Source: an uncultured Pelagibacteraceae bacterium
Lineage (GTDB): Bacteria; Pseudomonadota; Alphaproteobacteria; Pelagibacterales; Pelagibacteraceae
Direction: 5' to 3'
DNA: 60,145 nt
Assembly (NCBI GenBank): GCA_902544345.1
Contig: CACCBT010000001.1
Span: forward strand, 1-60,145
Shown piece by piece: positions 43,207 through 53,417 of this stretch (positions are counted from its first letter, which is position 1; every line of letters begins with the position of its first letter). A program made the translations under genes and the position numbers. The notes beneath the pieces are model-generated. The model was not told where the DNA came from and searched no databases. It saw nothing but the letters and a program-made list of their open reading frames with translations.

Positions 43207-43559
43207 TGAAAAAAGTTTCCAGTAAAATAAAAAGAAAATTGAGAAATAGAAAAAAAATAAAATCAGTAAGTAGTGATAGATATAGAGTATCTGTAACAAA
43301 ATCATTAAAAAACTTATCAGCTCAAATAATTGACGATAAGCATAATAAGACACTAGTTTCAGCATCATCAATTGAAAAAGAGATTAAGAATAAAAAAATG
43401 AAAAAAATGGAAAAATCAACTTTTATTGGTGAGATACTTGCAAAAAGAGCAAAAGAAAAAAATATTAACCAAGTATATTTCGATAGAGGTCAACACAAGT
43501 ATCATGGTAGAGTTAAAACTTTTGCTGAAACTTTAAGAAAAAATGGATTAAAAATTTAA
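43206..43559 (+). CDS. rplR: 50S ribosomal protein L18
   Basis: AQIIDD and [13 protein letters not shown] motifs. Confidence 0.97.
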   Translation: MKKVSSKIKRKLRNRKKIKSVSSDRYRVSVTKSLKNLSAQIIDDKHNKTLVSASSIEKEIKNKKMKKMEKSTFIGEILAKRAKEKNINQVYFDRGQHKYHGRVKTFAETLRKNGLKI

Positions 43560-43560
43560 T

Positions 43561-44079
43561 ATGAATGAAAATAAAAAAATTGAAAGCGATATAAAAGAAA
43601 AGCTAGTTGCAATAAACAGAATTACTAAAGTAGTTAAAGGAGGTAGAAGGTTTGGATTTGCAGCTCTTGTAGTCGTTGGAAATCAAAAGGGTTCTATAGG
43701 AATTGGACAAGGAAAATCAAAACAAGTGCCTGACGCAATCAAAAAAGCAACAGAAGTTGCAAAAAGAAACTTAATAAAAATTCCTTTAAAGGACGGAAGA
43801 ACTTTACACCATGACGTTAAAGGTAAAAATGGCTCAGGAAAAGTTTTTCTTAGAGCTGCCCCTGCCGGTACAGGAATAATTGCAGGTGGAGCAATCAGAT
43901 CAGTCTGTGAAGTTATCGGTATACAAGACGTTGTTGCCAAATCATTGGGATCTGCAAACCCTCACAACGTATTGAAAGCTTGTCTAAATGGTCTAAAGTC
44001 ACAAATTTCACCAAAAATTTTGTCAAATATAAGAGGAAAAAAAATCTCTGACATAGTCTTAAAAAGAGAGGCCAAATAA
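43561..44079 (+). CDS. rpsE: 30S ribosomal protein S5
   Basis: [18 protein letters not shown] and GTGIIAGG motifs. Confidence 0.99.
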   Translation: MNENKKIESDIKEKLVAINRITKVVKGGRRFGFAALVVVGNQKGSIGIGQGKSKQVPDAIKKATEVAKRNLIKIPLKDGRTLHHDVKGKNGSGKVFLRAAPAGTGIIAGGAIRSVCEVIGIQDVVAKSLGSANPHNVLKACLNGLKSQISPKILSNIRGKKISDIVLKREAK

Positions 44080-44531
44080 TGAATTTAAATTCTTTAACAA
44101 AAGTAAATAAGAAAAAAATTAGAGTTGGTAGAGGCATAGGGTCTGGAAAGGGCAAAACTTCTTCAAGAGGACACAAAGGTCAAAAATCTAGATCAGGTGT
44201 TGCGATTAAAAGTTTTGAAGGAGGCCAGATGCCCCTTTATAGAAGATTACCTAAAAGGGGATTTAAAAATTTTATTAAAAAAAATACTGCTATTTTGAAT
44301 TTATCTAAAATCCAGAGCATGATTAGCAAATCTGAAAATAATTTAAAAGATAATCTAGACCTTAAAATTTTAAAAGAGAAAAAATTAGTAAGTAAAAAAT
44401 TCGAAAAATTAAAGATACTAGGTTCAGGAGAATTAAAAAATACAATTTCTATAACCGCTCATTTTGCCTCTAAACAAGCATTAGATAAAATTAAAAAAGC
44501 TGGTGCTAAAATTAGCATAATCAAAAAGTAA
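44079..44531 (+). CDS. rplO: 50S ribosomal protein L15
   Basis: RVGRGIGSGKGKT and FEGGQMPLYRRLPKRGF motifs. Confidence 0.98.
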   Translation: MNLNSLTKVNKKKIRVGRGIGSGKGKTSSRGHKGQKSRSGVAIKSFEGGQMPLYRRLPKRGFKNFIKKNTAILNLSKIQSMISKSENNLKDNLDLKILKEKKLVSKKFEKLKILGSGELKNTISITAHFASKQALDKIKKAGAKISIIKK

Positions 44532-44536
44532 TAAAT

Positions 44537-45841
44537 ATGTCTAGCGAAACACTAAATACGGCAGGCGCATTTTCTCAAGCAAAAGATTTAAAAAATCGAA
44601 TATTTTTCACAATTCTTATACTAATAATTTATAGATTAGGAACCTACGTTCCTTTAGCTGGTATTGATCCTTTAGCATTAAAAGAAATAATGTCATCAAG
44701 TCAAAAAGGTCTTTTGGGAATGTTCAACATGTTTTCTGGAGGTGCCGTTACAAGAATGGCAATTTTTGCTTTAGGAATAATGCCGTATATATCATCTGCA
44801 ATTATCGTGCAATTATTAACTGGTGTTTCAGACTATTTTAAAAATTTGAAGGAACAAGGCGAAATAGGGAGAAAAAAAATAACTCAAATAACTAGATATG
44901 GAACAGTATTAATTGCTTGTTTGCAAGGATATGGTGTTTCAGTTGGTCTTGAAAATGCAGGTAATTTAGTTATTGAACCTGGTTTAACTTTTAGAATTAT
45001 AACGACCATTTCTTTAGTTGCTGGTACAACTTTTTTAATGTGGTTAGGTGAGCAAATCACATTAAGAGGAGTTGGAAATGGAATATCACTAATAATTTTT
45101 TCAGGTATTGTAGCAGAGATTCCAAGAGCTTTAGCCTCTACATTTGAATTAGGAAGAACAGGTGCATTATCGGCAGTAATGATTGTTGGAATTTTTATTT
45201 TAGTAATTTTAACAGTGCTATTCATTGTTTTTTTTGAGAGAGCAATGAGAAAAATCTTGATTAATTATCCTAAAAGACAAGTAGGGAATAAGATGTATGG
45301 AGGAGAGTCTTCGCATCTCCCTCTTAAAATTAATACAGCCGGTGTTATCCCAGCAATTTTCGCTTCAGCATTATTATTATTACCTATAACAATTTCAAAT
45401 TTTGGTTTCACGGAATCAGATACTTTCCTCAAAATTTCTTCAATGTTTACCCAAGGTCAACCTCTTTACATGTTGCTATATGCATCAGGGATAATATTTT
45501 TTTCTTTTTTTTACACCTCTATAGTTTTTAATCCGAAAGAAACAGCGGAAAATTTAAGAAAATACGGTGGTTATATTCCGGGGATAAGGCCAGGCGAAAG
45601 AACAGCAGAGTATATTGAGATGATTTTGATAAGATTAACTACTGTTGGTTCACTTTATTTAACTTTTGTATGTTTGATGCCTGAATTTCTGATAGCAAAA
45701 TATCCAATTCCTTTTTATTTAGGCGGCACATCGATTTTAATTGTTGTTGTAGTTGCAATGGATACTGTCACCCAGGTCCAAACTAGATTAATGAGTTCAC
45801 AATATGAGTCTTTAATAAGAAAAACTAAATTTGGTAAATAA
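44537..45841 (+). CDS. secY: Preprotein translocase SecY
   Basis: IFALGIMPYI, WLGEQIT-RGVGNG and PGIRPG motifs; about 10 TM segments. Confidence 0.99.
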   Translation: MSSETLNTAGAFSQAKDLKNRIFFTILILIIYRLGTYVPLAGIDPLALKEIMSSSQKGLLGMFNMFSGGAVTRMAIFALGIMPYISSAIIVQLLTGVSDYFKNLKEQGEIGRKKITQITRYGTVLIACLQGYGVSVGLENAGNLVIEPGLTFRIITTISLVAGTTFLMWLGEQITLRGVGNGISLIIFSGIVAEIPRALASTFELGRTGALSAVMIVGIFILVILTVLFIVFFERAMRKILINYPKRQVGNKMYGGESSHLPLKINTAGVIPAIFASALLLLPITISNFGFTESDTFLKISSMFTQGQPLYMLLYASGIIFFSFFYTSIVFNPKETAENLRKYGGYIPGIRPGERTAEYIEMILIRLTTVGSLYLTFVCLMPEFLIAKYPIPFYLGGTSILIVVVVAMDTVTQVQTRLMSSQYESLIRKTKFGK

Positions 45842-45848
45842 GAATTAA

Positions 45849-46421
45849 ATGAACATAGTTATATTTGGCCCTCCAGGTGCGGGAAAAGGAACTCAATCTA
45901 AATTTATAGTGAAAAAATATAATATTCATCAATTATCCACCGGGGATCTTTTACGAGACGAAATTAAAAATGGCACTGAACTTGGAAGTAAAATTTCATC
46001 GATTATGAATTCTGGTGAACTTGTATCGGATGAAATTGTTGGAGACTTGATAGAAAAATTTATTTCAAATGAAAATTACAAAAATAAAATTATATTTGAT
46101 GGATATCCCAGAACACTTCCTCAAGCAAAAAATTTGGATATTTTATTAAAAAACTATAACCAAAAAATAGACATTGTATTAAAATTAAATGTTAGTTTAG
46201 AAACAATTAAAAAAAGAATCTTAGAAAGGAAATCTATTGAAAAAAGGGCAGATGATAATGAAGAAATTGTAATTAAACGCTTTCAAACCTATGAAAAATC
46301 TTCCGAACCTGTTTTGAATTATTATAAGCAAACAAAATTACTTCAAGTTGTAAATGGAGAAAACAGCATATCTCAAATTAACAATGAAATTAGCGGCTTA
46401 ATTGATAGTATGAAGGGTTGA
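45849..46421 (+). CDS. adk: Adenylate kinase (short-LID type)
   Basis: GPPGAGKGTQ, STGDLLR, DGYPRT and RADD motifs. Confidence 0.97.
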   Translation: MNIVIFGPPGAGKGTQSKFIVKKYNIHQLSTGDLLRDEIKNGTELGSKISSIMNSGELVSDEIVGDLIEKFISNENYKNKIIFDGYPRTLPQAKNLDILLKNYNQKIDIVLKLNVSLETIKKRILERKSIEKRADDNEEIVIKRFQTYEKSSEPVLNYYKQTKLLQVVNGENSISQINNEISGLIDSMKG

Positions 46422-46445
46422 CTTTAAATGATTACACAATATAAA
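46418..46445 (+). promoter_or_regulatory. Candidate promoter of the alpha operon
   Basis: TTGACT-16 nt-TATAAA, overlapping the adk stop. Confidence 0.4.
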
Positions 46446-46472
46446 TACGCAGGAAACTAACTCATATATTTT

Positions 46473-46856
46473 ATGGCTCGAATAGCAGGAATTAACATTC
46501 CACAGAACAAAGTTGTCAGTATAGCTCTTACTTACATACATGGAATTGGCAATCATTCTTCAAGGCTAATTTGTAAAAAATTGAATATACCAGTTTCAAA
46601 GCGTGTAAATGATTTATCAGAGGAAGAGGTATTAAAAATAAGAGAGTTCATTGATGCAAATCATAAGGTTGAAGGCGATTTAAGAAGAGAAGTTTCTGTA
46701 AATATAAAGAGGCTAGTAGATTTAGCTTGTTATAGAGGAACAAGACACAAAAAAAAACTACCTGTAAGAGGTCAAAGAACTCAATGTAATGCAAGGACAC
46801 GTAAAGGTAAAGCGATTGCCATTGCTGGAAAAAAATTAACACCTCTTAAAAAATAG
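46473..46856 (+). CDS. rpsM: 30S ribosomal protein S13
   Basis: [16 protein letters not shown] and LPVRGQRT motifs. Confidence 0.98.
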   Translation: MARIAGINIPQNKVVSIALTYIHGIGNHSSRLICKKLNIPVSKRVNDLSEEEVLKIREFIDANHKVEGDLRREVSVNIKRLVDLACYRGTRHKKKLPVRGQRTQCNARTRKGKAIAIAGKKLTPLKK

Positions 46857-46865
46857 AAAAATTAA

Positions 46866-47309
46866 ATGAATAAAAAAGACGAAAAAAAAGACAAAAAAAT
46901 TGAAAAAAAAGTAGAAGTTAAAAAAGTATCATCATTTAAAAAAAAGAAAAAAATTAAAAAAAATATTACAAATGGTATAGCTTATGTTTATTCTACTTTT
47001 AATAATACGATTGTTTCAATTGCTGATGAGAGTGGAAATGTTATCTCGTGGTCATCTGCCGGTGCAAAAGGTTTTAAAGGCTCAAGAAAATCAACTCCAT
47101 ACGCAGCACAAATAGCAGCAGATGATGCAGGTACTAAGGCTTATGAACAAGGTCTAAGAACACTGACCGTCCAGGTTAAAGGCCCTGGATCGGGTAGAGA
47201 GACCGCCTTAAGATCTTTACAGTCAAAAGGATTTAAAATTTTATCAATAAAAGACACAACACCTATGCCTCATAATGGAGCAAGACCACCTAAAAGAAGG
47301 AGAGTATAA
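46866..47309 (+). CDS. rpsK: 30S ribosomal protein S11
   Basis: [21 protein letters not shown] and PHNG motifs; Lys-rich N-terminal extension. Confidence 0.98.
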   Translation: MNKKDEKKDKKIEKKVEVKKVSSFKKKKKIKKNITNGIAYVYSTFNNTIVSIADESGNVISWSSAGAKGFKGSRKSTPYAAQIAADDAGTKAYEQGLRTLTVQVKGPGSGRETALRSLQSKGFKILSIKDTTPMPHNGARPPKRRRV

Positions 47310-48344
47310 ATGCAAACAACGAGTAACGTTATAGATAAGAACTGGAAAGCATTAATCAAACCAAATAAATTAGACATTACAAGCAATGATGACAAGACTG
47401 TTGCAAAGGTAGTTGCAGAACCTCTAGAGAAAGGGTTTGGACAAACAATTGGGAATTCTTTAAGAAGAATATTATTATCCTCTATTCAAGGCGCAGCTGT
47501 CACAGCAATTCAAATTGATGGAGTTTTGCATGAGTTTTCATCAATAAAGGGTGTCAGAGAAGATGTAACTGATATAGTCTTAAACGTTAAAAACTTAGCT
47601 ATTAAATCTTCATCATCAAGTCCAAAAAAAATAATATTAGATATTAAAGGACCAAAAGAAGTTAAAGCTAAAGACATCACTTTAGTCCCCGAGATAGAAA
47701 TTCTTAATCCCGATCAAACTATTTGCAATCTAGATGAAAAAACTAATTTTCATATGGAATTAATGGTAAGTACAGGCAAAGGATACGTACAAGCGCCTAA
47801 AAATAAAACAGAAGATAGTCCTTTAGGCTTAATTTCAATAGACTCTCTTTTTAGCCCAGTAAAAAAAGTATCTTTTTCAGTTGAAAATACCAGAGCAGGT
47901 AGCGCATTAGATTATGATAAATTAATTATGACTGTTGAAACAAACGGCACTGTAGACGCAGAGGATGCAATTGCCTACTCTGCAAGGATTTTTCAAGACC
48001 AATTATCAATGTTTGTTAATTTTGAAGATCCTCAAGAAGTTGTTAAAGAGGTGAAATCATCAGAACCTGAATTTAATAGAAATCTTTTGAAGAGAGTAGA
48101 GGAACTGGAATTATCTGTTAGATCTATGAATTGCTTAAAGAACGATAATATAATTTACATTGGCGATTTGGTTCAAAAAACTGAACCAGAAATGTTGAGA
48201 ACACCAAATTTTGGTAGAAAATCTTTAAACGAAATCAAAGAAGTCTTAAATACAATGTCTCTATATTTAGGTATGGAGATTCCTAATTGGCCACCTGATA
48301 ATATTGCAGAACTATCCAAGAAATTAGAGGAAAACAATTATTAA
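47310..48344 (+). CDS. rpoA: RNA polymerase alpha subunit
   Basis: [28 protein letters not shown] and NFGRKSL motifs. Confidence 0.99.
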   Translation: MQTTSNVIDKNWKALIKPNKLDITSNDDKTVAKVVAEPLEKGFGQTIGNSLRRILLSSIQGAAVTAIQIDGVLHEFSSIKGVREDVTDIVLNVKNLAIKSSSSSPKKIILDIKGPKEVKAKDITLVPEIEILNPDQTICNLDEKTNFHMELMVSTGKGYVQAPKNKTEDSPLGLISIDSLFSPVKKVSFSVENTRAGSALDYDKLIMTVETNGTVDAEDAIAYSARIFQDQLSMFVNFEDPQEVVKEVKSSEPEFNRNLLKRVEELELSVRSMNCLKNDNIIYIGDLVQKTEPEMLRTPNFGRKSLNEIKEVLNTMSLYLGMEIPNWPPDNIAELSKKLEENNY

Positions 48345-48793
48345 TGAGACACGGTATTGGTTATAGAAAATTAAATAAAACAAGCGAGCATAGAAAAGCA
48401 TTATTTAAGAATATGCTCAATTCATTAATTAAATATGAGCAAATAGTTACCACTCTTCCAAAAGCTAAAGAACTAAAACCTCAAATAGATAAAGTTATAA
48501 CTATTGGTAAAAAAAATGATTTAAGTAACAAAAAAAGGCTTTTTTCAAAACTTCAAGATAAAAAATCTGTTACAAAAGTTTTCAATGAACTATCAAAAAG
48601 ATACAGCTCAAGGAAAGGCGGCTATTCAAGGGTATTAAAAGCTGGCTTTAGAACTGGTGATGATGCACCTATGGCTGTTATTGAATTAGTTGATAGAAAC
48701 CCGGAGGCAAAAAAAATTGATAAACCTAAAAAAATTGAAACTAAAGAAAAAACAAAAGAACCTGAAACTAAACAAAAAGTAGCAAGCAAATAA
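48344..48793 (+). CDS. rplQ: 50S ribosomal protein L17
   Basis: [13 protein letters not shown] and GGYSR...GDDAPMA motifs. Confidence 0.98.
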   Translation: MRHGIGYRKLNKTSEHRKALFKNMLNSLIKYEQIVTTLPKAKELKPQIDKVITIGKKNDLSNKKRLFSKLQDKKSVTKVFNELSKRYSSRKGGYSRVLKAGFRTGDDAPMAVIELVDRNPEAKKIDKPKKIETKEKTKEPETKQKVASK

Positions 48794-48803
48794 TTCAGCT
48801 TAC

Positions 48804-49703
48804 ATGCGCAAATCTTTTACTGTTGACGACGATTTTAATAACTCTCGTCTAGACAAGTGGTTTAAACAAAAAGTAATAAACTTACCACACTCCTTAATAG
48901 AAAAATTTATAAGAAATAATAAAATTAAAATTAATAAAAAAAAAACTAAATCATCTTATAGATTACAAACAGGAGATTTAGTTGAGATTTTTGATATTAA
49001 TAAATTCAAACCCATAGATGAAAAAAAAAAGATTAAGTATTTACCAAAAAAAAGGGAGATTGGGTCTTATAACAAATATGTTTTAGAAGATAACGAAAAT
49101 TTTATTGTAATAAATAAACCAACAGGTATACCAGTTCAATCAGGTACCAAATCGTTAAAAAATATAATTGATATTCTTAAAAATACAAAATATTTTGAAA
49201 ACTCTAAGCCTTTTATCGTTCATAGACTTGATAAAGAAACTTCAGGGGCACTAATAATTGCTAAAAATAGAAAATTTGCACAACTTTTTACGTCATTATT
49301 TAGAATAAGAAAAATTCACAAAACCTATTTAGCAATTGTGTATGGAAAAGTTAATAAATCAATTAAATTTATGAGAGATAATTTGATTAATTTCGAGAAT
49401 AATAAAAAAATTACTCAAAAAGCTATCTCAAATCTAAAAATAATTAGATCAAACGAAGATTATACATTTTTAGAACTCAATCCAATAACAGGAAGAAAGC
49501 ATCAACTTCGTAAGCAATTATTGAATATAGGATGTCCTATAGTAGGAGACGATAAATATTTTCTAAACAATAGAAAGCGAATTAAAACTAAAAGTCTAAT
49601 GCTGCATGCTTATAAGATTAAATTCATGATAAATAATGTTCAATATAATTTTAAAGCAAATTACGATAATATATTTGAAGATTTTCTTAAAAAAAATGTT
49701 TAA
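48804..49703 (+). CDS. RluA/RluC family pseudouridine synthase
   Basis: N-terminal S4 domain (RLDKW), NKPTG, VHRLDKETSG, TGRKHQLR and LHAY motifs. Confidence 0.93.
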   Translation: MRKSFTVDDDFNNSRLDKWFKQKVINLPHSLIEKFIRNNKIKINKKKTKSSYRLQTGDLVEIFDINKFKPIDEKKKIKYLPKKREIGSYNKYVLEDNENFIVINKPTGIPVQSGTKSLKNIIDILKNTKYFENSKPFIVHRLDKETSGALIIAKNRKFAQLFTSLFRIRKIHKTYLAIVYGKVNKSIKFMRDNLINFENNKKITQKAISNLKIIRSNEDYTFLELNPITGRKHQLRKQLLNIGCPIVGDDKYFLNNRKRIKTKSLMLHAYKIKFMINNVQYNFKANYDNIFEDFLKKNV

Positions 49704-50311
49704 ATTTCTTTTATATTTTTTGTAAAAATTTTAGCTAACCTATTTTCATAATTATTTATTTTAATTTTTTTTTCTTTAAATATCGAAGTGACTTTTTTAT
49801 TACTTAAGCCACAAGGAATAATTTTTAAATATTGTTTTAAATTATTCGAAATATTGATTGAACAGCCATGATATGCAACCCATCTCGATACTCTTATACC
49901 AATTGCAGCAATTTTCTTTGAGTCCACCCAAATACCAATATTTTTTTTGTCTTTTTTAGCTTTTATTTTATAATTTCTTAAAAATTGAATTATGCTATTT
50001 TCAATTGCACTTATAAACTTTCTTATATCTTTTTTTCTATTATTAAGATTGATTACAAAGTAAACAATTTTTTGACCGGGATTATGAAGAGTAATTTTAC
50101 CTCCTCTATTTGTTTGAATTATATCAATTTTCTTATCTAAAATTTCCTTTTTATTAAATCTTACACCAGCTGTATAAGTTATAGGGTGTTCTAAGATCCA
50201 TAATAATTCTCTTTTTTTATCATTTTTTACTTCTTCTACTCTTTTATTAAGAAAAAGCATCGCTCTTTTGTAAGATATGGGTTTTTTGCTGATTTTGATT
50301 TCTATACTCAT
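49700..50311 (-). CDS. lipB: Octanoyltransferase LipB
   Basis: EHPITYTAG, RGGKITLHNPGQ, KIAAIG and IIPCG motifs. Confidence 0.96.
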   Translation of the reverse strand: MSIEIKISKKPISYKRAMLFLNKRVEEVKNDKKRELLWILEHPITYTAGVRFNKKEILDKKIDIIQTNRGGKITLHNPGQKIVYFVINLNNRKKDIRKFISAIENSIIQFLRNYKIKAKKDKKNIGIWVDSKKIAAIGIRVSRWVAYHGCSINISNNLKQYLKIIPCGLSNKKVTSIFKEKKIKINNYENRLAKIFTKNIKEI

Positions 50312-50371
50312 TTAAATTGAATTTTACCATTTTATAGACTAATAGTCTCAAAAAAACTTTAAGAGGTATTT

Positions 50372-51751
50372 ATGGCTTTACTAAAATCATCTGAAACTAA
50401 AAAAGTCAACTTGGATTTTAATAAGGAGTTTATTAACACTTTCACTCAAAATATTGAGAAAGGAAACGTTGAGTTTATTAATCAAACACTTAAAGATCTC
50501 CATGAAGCCGATGTAGCTAATTTAATTGAAAACTTAACTCCAGATACAAGAACAAAACTCATTGAGATTGAGTCATTTAATATTGACCCAGAGATATTCA
50601 TTGAATTAAACGAGTCTATTCAAAGTGAGGTTTTGCAATTACTTTCTATCGAGTCTCTAATTAAGATAATAAAGCGTTTAGAGTCTGATAATGCAATAAA
50701 AATTCTCGAAAATTTATCTAAGGAGACAAAAGAAAAAGTTTTAGAAAAACTTCCTCCCAAAGATAAGTTTCTTTTGCAAGAAGGACTTAGTTATCCAGAA
50801 GACTCCGCAGCTAGAATAATGCAAAGAGAATTTACAGCAGTCCCTAGTAATTGGACTGTAGGTCAGACTATAGATTATTTAAGAGAAGACAAAGATCTAC
50901 CAGAAGAATTTTTAGAAATATTTATAGTAGATAATGACTTTAAACCCATCGGAACCGTTCCTTCTTCAAGAGTTTTAAGAACATCTAGGGATTTGAAAAT
51001 GAGTTCTATAATGAGGGAAATGCCAGTTTTAATTTCAGTAAATATGGACAAAGAAGAAGTTGGTCTTACTTTTGAAAACTACAACTTAGTTTCTGCAGGA
51101 GTAGTGAATAAAGAAAATAAACTAGTTGGAATGATTACAGCAGATGATGTTGTTACTGTTGTTCAAGAAGAAGCCGAGGAAGATGCATTGCGTTTAGCCG
51201 GGGTAGGCGACGAGGAAATTACTGATAGTGTAATGCTTAAAACTAAAAGAAGATTTAATTGGTTATTACTAAATTTGTTTACTGCTTTACTTGCCACTTG
51301 GGTAATAAGTTTCTTTGGAGCATCAATAGAGCAGATGGTTGCTTTAGCTTTTTTAATGCCAATAGTAGCATCAATGGGAGGGAATGCCGGCATGCAAACG
51401 TTAGCAGTTACAATACGTGCTATAGCTACAAAAGAATTATCAAAAAGTAATTTTAACCGAGTTGTTGGAAAAGAATTTCTTATAGGTATTTTAAACGGTA
51501 TTATTTTTGCAATAATCACTGCAATAATAGTTCAATTGTGGTTTAAAGAATTAAATCTTTCTCTATTGATAGGAATTTCAATGATATTAAATATGATCGT
51601 TGCAGGTTTATTTGGAATTTTAGTTCCAGTTTCGCTAAAAAAATTAAATATTGATCCCGCTTTAGCTTCAAGTGTTTTTGTAACAACTATTACAGATGTA
51701 ATTGGCTTTCTTTCTTTTCTAGGTTTAGGATCTTTTTATTTTCTTAATTAG
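50372..51751 (+). CDS. mgtE: Magnesium transporter MgtE
   Basis: N-domain plus CBS pair, MGGNAGMQ and DPALAS...TTITDV motifs. Confidence 0.97.
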   Translation: MALLKSSETKKVNLDFNKEFINTFTQNIEKGNVEFINQTLKDLHEADVANLIENLTPDTRTKLIEIESFNIDPEIFIELNESIQSEVLQLLSIESLIKIIKRLESDNAIKILENLSKETKEKVLEKLPPKDKFLLQEGLSYPEDSAARIMQREFTAVPSNWTVGQTIDYLREDKDLPEEFLEIFIVDNDFKPIGTVPSSRVLRTSRDLKMSSIMREMPVLISVNMDKEEVGLTFENYNLVSAGVVNKENKLVGMITADDVVTVVQEEAEEDALRLAGVGDEEITDSVMLKTKRRFNWLLLNLFTALLATWVISFFGASIEQMVALAFLMPIVASMGGNAGMQTLAVTIRAIATKELSKSNFNRVVGKEFLIGILNGIIFAIITAIIVQLWFKELNLSLLIGISMILNMIVAGLFGILVPVSLKKLNIDPALASSVFVTTITDVIGFLSFLGLGSFYFLN

Positions 51752-52563
51752 ATATTATCGATTAATCTTATATTTTTGATATAATATGCAAAAAATAAAT
51801 TGAAATTTTTATTCGATTTTAAAATTCTTTTAAAACTTTTAATATTATAATTTTCTACATAATCTATTTTGTTTGCACCTAAATTTATTAAATCTTTTCT
51901 TATTTTATTTATGTTAAATAAATTATAATTTTTTCTTATTTTTTTCTTTAAGTTTCTTAAATAATTATGAATATTAGATGCAATTTTAATTTGATTTTTA
52001 TTTAGTTTAGAATTTCTTGATGAACAGGCCACTCCATTATTTTCTCTAATAGTTTCACATTCGATTATTCGAGATTTAATCTTTCTTTTTTCAATGTGCT
52101 TTTTAATTAGAAAAAGTTGCTGATAGTCCTTTTTTCCTAAATATATATATTTAGGTTTAATTATTTCTATAAACCTGTTTACTACATTTAATACACCTTC
52201 AAAATGACCTTTTCTAAATTTACCACATAATTTTTTTGATGATTTATCTAAGAAAATTTTGTTTTTAGGTTTAAATCCGTATATGTCTTTTGATGTTGGA
52301 ATATATAAGTAATCGATTCTCAATTTTTTTAACAATTTAATATCTTGTGCTTTTTTTCTTGGATAGGTTCTAAAATCTCTTTTTTTGTGAAATTGTTTCG
52401 GATTCACAAAAATAGATACTAAAGTTTTTAGCCTAGATTTTTTTGATTTTTTGATTAATGAAATGTGTCCTTTATGCAATGCACCCATTGTTGGCACAAA
52501 TGAAATCCCTTTAGTTTTTAAAATCTCTCTTTGAAGGGTATGTTTATCTTTAAATATTTTCAT
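51748..52563 (-). CDS. panC: Pantoate-beta-alanine ligase
   Basis: VPTMGALHKGH, FVNPKQF, GKKDYQQ, SSRN and RLIDN motifs. Confidence 0.97.
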   Translation of the reverse strand: MKIFKDKHTLQREILKTKGISFVPTMGALHKGHISLIKKSKKSRLKTLVSIFVNPKQFHKKRDFRTYPRKKAQDIKLLKKLRIDYLYIPTSKDIYGFKPKNKIFLDKSSKKLCGKFRKGHFEGVLNVVNRFIEIIKPKYIYLGKKDYQQLFLIKKHIEKRKIKSRIIECETIRENNGVACSSRNSKLNKNQIKIASNIHNYLRNLKKKIRKNYNLFNINKIRKDLINLGANKIDYVENYNIKSFKRILKSNKNFNLFFAYYIKNIRLIDNI

Positions 52564-52601
52564 TTCTATAAAGCAATGATAATAACTATTATAAGAATCA
52601 T

Positions 52602-53417
52602 ATGATAAAACAAGCCATTATTCCATTAGCAGGTTTAGGGACTAGATTGCTTCCTTTGACAAGTGTAATGCCAAAAGAGTTGATGCCCATCAATGGTAAA
52701 CCGAATTTACAATATATATTAGATGAATGTATTGAAGCAGGGGTAAAGGAATTTATATTTATAATTTCAAAAAAAAAACTATCGATTAAAAAATATTTTT
52801 ATAATGACAGTTTTTATAAAAAGATAATAAAAAAAAAGAAAAATAAAAGACTACTTGAAGAATATAAAAAAATAAAAAGATATCAGAAAATGATAAAATT
52901 TGTTTATCAAAACAACCCAAAAGGTACAGGTGATGCAGTTCTAAAATGCCAAAAATTTATAAAAAATAAATATTTTTTAATGCTCTTACCCGATGACTTA
53001 ATAATAAAAAATAATTGTTCAAAAGAAATGATACGACTACATAAAAAAACTAAAGGTTCCATAATTGCTACAAAAAGAGTAGAGAGAAAAACAGTATCAA
53101 GATGGGGAATTTTATCGATCCAAAATAAAAAAAAAAGCTATTTTCGAATTAAAGACGTTGTAGAGAAACCTAGCATCAAAAAAGCGCCATCAAATTTTGC
53201 AATTATTGGAAGATATATATTGCCAACAAAAGTTTTTAGTGAAATCAAAAAATTAAAACCTGGTCAGGGAGGAGAAATACATATTACTGACGCAATTAGA
53301 AATTTAATTAAAAAAGAGTATAAATTTTACGGAAATATTTTTAAGGGGAAATATTTAGATTGTGGAACTTTAAGTGGATATATAAATTCAGGAATTCAAA
53401 TATCTAAGGGAAATTAA
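52602..53417 (+). CDS. galU: UTP-glucose-1-phosphate uridylyltransferase
   Basis: AIIPLAGLGTRLLP, VEKP, GRYIL, GEIHITDA and DCG motifs. Confidence 0.9.
   Translation: MIKQAIIPLAGLGTRLLPLTSVMPKELMPINGKPNLQYILDECIEAGVKEFIFIISKKKLSIKKYFYNDSFYKKIIKKKKNKRLLEEYKKIKRYQKMIKFVYQNNPKGTGDAVLKCQKFIKNKYFLMLLPDDLIIKNNCSKEMIRLHKKTKGSIIATKRVERKTVSRWGILSIQNKKKSYFRIKDVVEKPSIKKAPSNFAIIGRYILPTKVFSEIKKLKPGQGGEIHITDAIRNLIKKEYKFYGNIFKGKYLDCGTLSGYINSGIQISKGN

Noticed and set aside
46422-46472. Absence of rpmJ/infA/map between adk and rpsM
   Set aside because: This is the normal arrangement in Alphaproteobacteria, and map is present at 6980-7729.
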